Origin: Parcubacteria group bacterium GW2011_GWC1_36_108
GTDB lineage: Bacteria > Patescibacteriota > Minisyncoccia > Moranbacterales > GWC2-37-73
DNA: 64,000 nt
Direction: 5' to 3'
Assembly (NCBI GenBank): GCA_000991245.1
Contig: LBRD01000001.1
Location: 69,467-133,466 of the forward strand
A model generated the notes under the pieces. The model did no database searches. It had not been told where the DNA came from and saw only the letters and a list, made by a program, of their open reading frames with translations. Made by a program: the position numbers and the translations under genes. Position 1 is the first letter of the stretch; each line of letters starts with the position of its first letter. Shown one piece after another: positions 59,272 to 64,000 of the stretch.

Positions 59272-60195
59272 TTATTGCTTTTTCAAAAATTCTTGAACAC
59301 TATGTGCAGCGACTGCGCCTTCGGCGGCGGCAGTGATGATCTGTTTAAATTTATCTGAGCCGGTCGTGATGTCCCCTGCAGCCCAAATACCTTTTTTACT
59401 AGTCCTGCCAGAAGTGTCAATTTTTACATATCCTTGCTCATCCAATTCAATTTCCAAATTTTTTATCAAATCAACATTTGGATCAGAGCCAATTTCAGCA
59501 AACACACCATCAACTTTCAATGTTTCACTATTTTTATATGGACTGTCCAAAATTAACTCCTCAACTTTTTGTTCACCTTTAATTTCTTTGATGTTTGTCA
59601 TAAAAACACTTTCTATTTTTGGATTTTTGGAAATAGCCTCTCCCCAAAAAGTTTCGCATCTAAGTTTTTCTCCACGATAAATCAAATATACTTTCTCGGC
59701 GATGTCACCTAAATACACCGCAGCGCCTGCTGCGCTGTCATTTCCACCAACCACTGCCACAGTTTTTCCACGATAAAAAAATCCGTCGCATGTTGCACAA
59801 TACGAAACACCTTTGCCGGCAAATTCTTTTTCTCCAGGCACACCCAGGTGCCTGTGTTTTGTTCCCATTGCTAGCAAAATTGTTTTTGCTTGAATTTTTT
59901 TTCCATTGCTAAGAGATAAAACGTAATTATTGTCTTTTTCGTTGATCTCATCAATCAAGGTATTTATGATTTCAGCCTTATTGTAGCTTTTAGCATGAGC
60001 CTCAGCTTTTTGTGCAAAATCAAAACCACTGATCTTTTCAGTGCCAAGCCAATTACCAATCTCGTGAGTTTGTGTTGTGAGTCCCCCTGAAATTCCACCA
60101 ATAACCACATTGGAAATTCCATAACGTGAAGCATACACCGAAGCCGAAAGCCCCGCGGGTCCAGCACCTATAATAGCTAAGTCAAAAACTTCCAT
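59272..60195 (-). CDS. trxB: Thioredoxin reductase
   Basis: 307 aa; FDLAIIGAGPAGLSASVYASRYG FAD motif, redox-active CATC. Confidence 0.9.
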   Translation of the reverse strand: MEVFDLAIIGAGPAGLSASVYASRYGISNVVIGGISGGLTTQTHEIGNWLGTEKISGFDFAQKAEAHAKSYNKAEIINTLIDEINEKDNNYVLSLSNGKKIQAKTILLAMGTKHRHLGVPGEKEFAGKGVSYCATCDGFFYRGKTVAVVGGNDSAAGAAVYLGDIAEKVYLIYRGEKLRCETFWGEAISKNPKIESVFMTNIKEIKGEQKVEELILDSPYKNSETLKVDGVFAEIGSDPNVDLIKNLEIELDEQGYVKIDTSGRTSKKGIWAAGDITTGSDKFKQIITAAAEGAVAAHSVQEFLKKQ

Positions 60196-60229
60196 ACAAA
60201 TAAAATATTATTTTGAAATTATATTTTTT

Positions 60230-60375
60230 CCCATTTAATTCAATTTTAAATCCCAATATCAAAATCTAAATTTCAAATAAATGCCTAAATGACGAAATGT
60301 CAAAAAAATGCATTGATTTTTTAGAATTTAAGATTTTAGGTTTTATTTGACATTTGTCATTTAGATTTTGGATTT
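60230..60375. repeat. Oligomer arrays (aaatgtca/aaatgcct; gatttta/ggtttta)
   Basis: Intergenic region between trxA and trxB. Confidence 0.55.
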
Positions 60376-60376
60376 T

Positions 60377-60706
60377 CTACAAAAGTATTTCTATTTCTTC
60401 TCTCAACTTCTCCTTAGCATTAAAACCAATTATTTCTCTAATAACTTTTCCGTCTTTAAAAACTTTCATATTGGGAATGCTTTGAATTTGATATTCCATT
60501 GCTAATGCTTGATGAGCTGGATTTTCCACATCAAGCTTTGTAATTTTTACTTTTCCATCAAGTTCAGCTACAAGTTCATCCAAAATTGGAGCCATCATAC
60601 GACATGGTCCACACCAAGGTGCCCAAAAATCAACCAACACAATTTCTTTTGATTCAAGCACTTCCTCCTTGAATGTTTTGTCTGTAAGCTCTATTACTTT
60701 GTTCAT
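60377..60706 (-). CDS. trxA: Thioredoxin
   Basis: 109 aa; WAPWCGPCR active site. Confidence 0.85.
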   Translation of the reverse strand: MNKVIELTDKTFKEEVLESKEIVLVDFWAPWCGPCRMMAPILDELVAELDGKVKITKLDVENPAHQALAMEYQIQSIPNMKVFKDGKVIREIIGFNAKEKLREEIEILL

Positions 60707-60803
60707 AACTTTTGTTCATGTAGCATATAGCATATTTATACTATAAACTTTTTCTATTATTAATTTAGTGTTACATGCTATATGTTGCATGTTATATGAA
60801 TTT

Positions 60804-61073
60804 TTATTGCATTTTAAATAATGATTTAAGATATTTTTCGTCTATTTTTTTCTTTCCATCAAATTTGCAAACGAAATCATTTTTTAGAAGCTCTATTCCT
60901 AGCATCGAAACCGCCTCACGAATAGCGGTAATTTGAGTAATCACATCCAAACATTGTTTTTTATCTTCCACCATTTTACGCACACCTCGCAGTTGTCCCT
61001 CGATACGAGAAATACGATTCACTATTTTTTCAGCTGATTCCTTCTCAGATGAAATTTTATCTTCCTTTTTCAT
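60804..61073 (-). CDS. CsoR/RcnR/FrmR-family metal-sensing transcriptional repressor
   Basis: 89 aa; RISRIEGQLRGVRKMVEDKKQCLDVITQITAIREA matches the family helix pattern with a conserved Cys. Confidence 0.65.
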   Translation of the reverse strand: MKKEDKISSEKESAEKIVNRISRIEGQLRGVRKMVEDKKQCLDVITQITAIREAVSMLGIELLKNDFVCKFDGKKKIDEKYLKSLFKMQ

Positions 61074-61273
61074 TTGGAATTAAACCCGCCTGCATCGCTA
61101 TGCGAAGCATTGCGGGCAGGAATTAAAAATTAAAAATTCCGCCTCGTGCGGTAAATACCCTCTAGGGGTATATTACAGTATAAGAAAAAATCTGTCAAAT
61201 GTCCAATTATATTAATTGACATAACACTTTGTTACTGTTAATTTTAAGAAAAATCAAAGGAAGGAGTACTGCT

Positions 61274-61465
61274 ATGCAGAAATCGTATCAGGAACCTTAT
61301 CAGGTCTTTAACAATGGAACAGAAATACTACACATTATCGGCACAGTAGTACTTGTTCTTTTACTCTTTTACGTGCTTGCATTCCTTTATTGCGTCTTAA
61401 GGGGTTACTGCAATCTCCTCCCCCAAAAACCTAAGCACCACACGAAAGAACAAGAGGAAGAGTAG
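61274..61465 (+). CDS. Small membrane peptide (one TM), hypothetical
   Basis: SD aaggaaggag; TM HIIGTVVLVLLLFYVLAFLYCVL. Confidence 0.3.
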   Translation: MQKSYQEPYQVFNNGTEILHIIGTVVLVLLLFYVLAFLYCVLRGYCNLLPQKPKHHTKEQEEE

Positions 61466-61544
61466 GTCAAAAAAATTGTAATAAAAGTCTCTTCAAATGA
61501 TCAATGTCCATAAAAACACATATTTTTCAAAAAGGAGATCAATT

Positions 61545-61709
61545 ATGTATTATCTAAAAATGCTTATTGACGACCATCCAGGAATTTGCGTTTTTATTTC
61601 TTTTTCTATTCTTGCATGGATTATTCTTTTTTCAATTTTTTGCAGACGTGATAAACAGCAAGATCAGCAGGACAGTCTTGCGATCGCACAGCAAGACGAC
61701 TTTGAATAA
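61545..61709 (+). CDS. Small membrane peptide (one TM), hypothetical
   Basis: SD aaaaggag; TM GICVFISFSILAWIILFSIFC. Confidence 0.3.
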   Translation: MYYLKMLIDDHPGICVFISFSILAWIILFSIFCRRDKQQDQQDSLAIAQQDDFE

Positions 61710-61755
61710 AAAAAATTTTCCAACAAAATAAAACGTGCATTATTCAGGGATAGGA

Positions 61756-62559
61756 CTATAATCTTATCCCTTTTTTATTTCCAATAAACAATATATTTTT
61801 TCCATCCACAATTGCGCATTTTTCTGTTTTAAAACCTGCTTGTTCAAAAAGTTTTCTTAATTCTCTTTTTGTGAAGGCCCGGTGGAATCTTTGGATCTTC
61901 TCACCCTCATTATTTGTAAAAGATATATAACAATCATTCCAATCCAAAATACTATTTCCCTTTAATTTATCAATCCAGTTTTGTAAAATATTTTTAAAGT
62001 ATTTCTGCTGCCATAAATACCAAACTGTCACCACAATATGCCCACCATCTTTTGTGGTTCGATAAAGTTCTGCTGCCACATCCTCGCGATATTTTTTTGA
62101 AGGAAAATGATGAAAAACAGCAATGCTATATATAGTATTGAAAAAATTATCATTGAATGCTAGAGTGGTTGAACTAGGATTAATTTTCTGAAAACATACC
62201 TCCGTGTCATTCCCGTGAAAACGGGAATCCAGAACTTTGCCAGACTGAAACGCGAACCTAGATTCCGGATCAAGTCCGGAATGACAAACAGACTGTTTTT
62301 GATATTTTTCTTTAGCAAGTTCAATAAGTTTTTCCGAAACATCCAAGCCCCAATAGCGAATATCCTCAAAATCAAGCAATTCCAAAAGGCGACCATTGCC
62401 ACAGCCATAATCCAAAACATTATCATTTTTGCGCGTATAATCTTTTATAAACTCCAGCCCACGCCAAAAATGCTTCCGAGTCTCGGAAAATTTCTTAGAA
62501 ATCAGATCATAGCCAACTTCAGTTTCATTTAATATTCTTTCTGCAATTTCTTTATCCAT
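61756..62559 (-). CDS. Class I SAM-dependent methyltransferase carrying an in-frame palindromic-element insertion
   Basis: Motif I VLDYGCGNGRLLELL; inserted segment CHSGLDPESRFAFQSGKVLDSRFHGNDTEV is encoded by element copy C. Confidence 0.65.
   Translation of the reverse strand: MDKEIAERILNETEVGYDLISKKFSETRKHFWRGLEFIKDYTRKNDNVLDYGCGNGRLLELLDFEDIRYWGLDVSEKLIELAKEKYQKQSVCHSGLDPESRFAFQSGKVLDSRFHGNDTEVCFQKINPSSTTLAFNDNFFNTIYSIAVFHHFPSKKYREDVAAELYRTTKDGGHIVVTVWYLWQQKYFKNILQNWIDKLKGNSILDWNDCYISFTNNEGEKIQRFHRAFTKRELRKLFEQAGFKTEKCAIVDGKNILFIGNKKGIRL
62204..62287. mobile_element. Palindromic element copy C, 84 nt, in frame in the methyltransferase gene
   Basis: gtgtcattcccgtgaaaacgggaatccag...tagattccggatcaagtccggaatgacaa; same modules and orientation as copy B. 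Confidence 0.7.
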
Positions 62560-62600
62560 GACTTTATGAACTTTATAACTTTATAACTTTATGAACTTAC
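62560..62600. repeat. Tandem (aactttat)n array at the Elp3 start
   Basis: gaactttataactttataactttatgaactt; its reverse complement array lies at 63117-63157 inside the same gene. Confidence 0.7.
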
Positions 62601-64000
62601 TGTACGACAATTATATAATCTCCGCAATAAACGAACTTTCTGAAAATCAGGGAGATTTTGGCAAACTCAAAAAAAGTCTATGCAAAAAATTTGGCGTTGC
62701 TATGCCGACCAACGCTGATTTACGTGACAGATACAATAAATTAGTCCAGCAAAAGAAAATTAAACGCAGCGAAAAATTTGAGGAAGCTTTGATGAGTCGT
62801 TTGATTCGCACACAATCCGGTGTGGCTGTGGTGGCGGTTCTTACCAAATCATATCCCTGCCCCGGAAAATGTATTTATTGCCCCAGTGAAAAAGATATGC
62901 CCAAAAGCTATCTTTCCAATGAGCCGGCTGTGATGCGTGCGATTGATTCGCAATTTGATCCATATCGCCAAATGCAAAATCGTCTGCGTTCATTGGAGCT
63001 CAACGGCCACCGCACAGATAAAATTGAATTAATTGTGATGGGTGGAACATTCAGTTTTTTACCTAAAAATTACCAAAAAAAATTTATCACCAGATGTTTT
63101 CAAGGAGCTAATGAATATAAAAGTTATAAAGTTCATAAAGTTATAAAGTTCATAAAGTCGGTGAGGACTCCTAACGAAGAACTTTTATACCAACAAAAGA
63201 AAAATGAAAGTGCTAATCACAGGATTATTGGGCTTACTTTGGAAACGCGACCGGATTATATTGATGAAAAAGAAATTTTGAACTTTCGCCAACTTGGCTG
63301 CACCAGAGTTGAACTTGGTGTACAAAGTCTTTATGACAACGTGCTCGAATTAAACAAGCGTGGACACCTCATCCAAAGCACCATAGAAGCCACCAAAATG
63401 CTCAAGGATAGTGGTTTCAAGATAAATTATCATATGATGCCGGGGCTTCCGGGAAGCACCCCAAAGCGCGATTTTGAGATGTTTAAGGCCCTTTTTGAAG
63501 GTCCCAAATTTCAACCTGATATGCTCAAAATATACCCCACGGTCGTTTTAAAAAACAGCGAGCTGTATAACATCTGGAAGAAAAATAACTACGTCCCACT
63601 GACAAATCAAGCGTTTGAGAGGCTTGTGGTCAAGATAAAAAACGAAGCAATCACGCCCTATGTTCGCATTGCTCGCCTTATTCGCGATGTGCCCACCCCA
63701 TCCATTATAGCTGGCCCAACAGTTTCCAATCTTAGACAAATTATTATTCCACAATCCAATTGTCCTTGCATTCGTTGCCGTGAAGTTGGCGCAGGTTATA
63801 CCATCAAAGAAGAAATTATCCTGGATCGAATTGACTACGCCGCCTCAGATGGTACAGAAATTTTCCTGCAATACGTTTCGCCAGACAAGAAAAAGTTGTT
63901 TGCGCTCCTGCGCCTACGCATTCCATCAGAGAACAATGCTAAGCATTTTATTGGCACACTAAAAAATGCAGCCATTATTAGAGAAGTTCACACTTACGGA
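62591..64000 (+). CDS. Elp3-like radical-SAM protein (tRNA wobble-uridine modification family), partial (continues past window end)
   Basis: Manual translation: CPGKCIYC (CxxxCxxC) radical-SAM cluster motif and GCTRVELGVQS, characteristic of Elp3. Absent from the ORF track, probably because the ORF has no in-window stop codon. Contains an in-frame (ataaagtt)n array (YKSYKVHKVIKFIKS). Confidence 0.7.
   Translation, partial: MNLLYDNYIISAINELSENQGDFGKLKKSLCKKFGVAMPTNADLRDRYNKLVQQKKIKRSEKFEEALMSRLIRTQSGVAVVAVLTKSYPCPGKCIYCPSEKDMPKSYLSNEPAVMRAIDSQFDPYRQMQNRLRSLELNGHRTDKIELIVMGGTFSFLPKNYQKKFITRCFQGANEYKSYKVHKVIKFIKSVRTPNEELLYQQKKNESANHRIIGLTLETRPDYIDEKEILNFRQLGCTRVELGVQSLYDNVLELNKRGHLIQSTIEATKMLKDSGFKINYHMMPGLPGSTPKRDFEMFKALFEGPKFQPDMLKIYPTVVLKNSELYNIWKKNNYVPLTNQAFERLVVKIKNEAITPYVRIARLIRDVPTPSIIAGPTVSNLRQIIIPQSNCPCIRCREVGAGYTIKEEIILDRIDYAASDGTEIFLQYVSPDKKKLFALLRLRIPSENNAKHFIGTLKNAAIIREVHTYG

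Overview
This window is low-GC (about 33%), densely packed with short genes and mostly minus-strand. It looks like a reduced genome of the CPR/Patescibacteria type. Recognisable housekeeping genes include dnaE, thrS, miaB-miaA, gatB, the secE-nusG-rplK-rplA cluster, murA, murD, mreB, rnc, nusB, rpmF, rnhB, holB, ftsQ and trxB-trxA. There is a tight dNTP-metabolism cluster (thyA, folA, dut, a tmk-like gene, dCMP deaminase, two MazG-like genes), a tRNA-Ile/tRNA-Ala pair, an Elp3-like radical-SAM gene, and several glycosyltransferases (GT2, two GT-C/PMT-like, two GT4, a WecA/MraY-like fragment). The unusual content is in the repeats. An ~80-nt palindromic element is present in three copies, two of them inserted in frame inside protein-coding genes, in the manner of Rickettsia palindromic elements. 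A ~138-nt element is present in two copies with compensatory base changes and a G-U wobble, which suggests a structured RNA. A ~95-nt hairpin element is present in two copies. Nearly every intergenic region is filled with tandem 7-9-nt oligomer arrays, often laid out as large palindromes; one array family brackets a PD-(D/E)XK 'GxxExxY-like' nuclease gene, and the same kinds of arrays sit in frame inside miaB, miaA, a GT4 gene and Elp3. A VirB4-like ATPase is followed by seven hypothetical genes (candidate secretion or pilus-like system). Next to these are PMT-like glycosyltransferases and Thr/Pro-rich proteins (candidate O-glycosylation module). A GC-richer segment (about 56.76-59.27 kb) looks horizontally acquired. 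All calls come from reading the sequence and motifs; no database searches were run.
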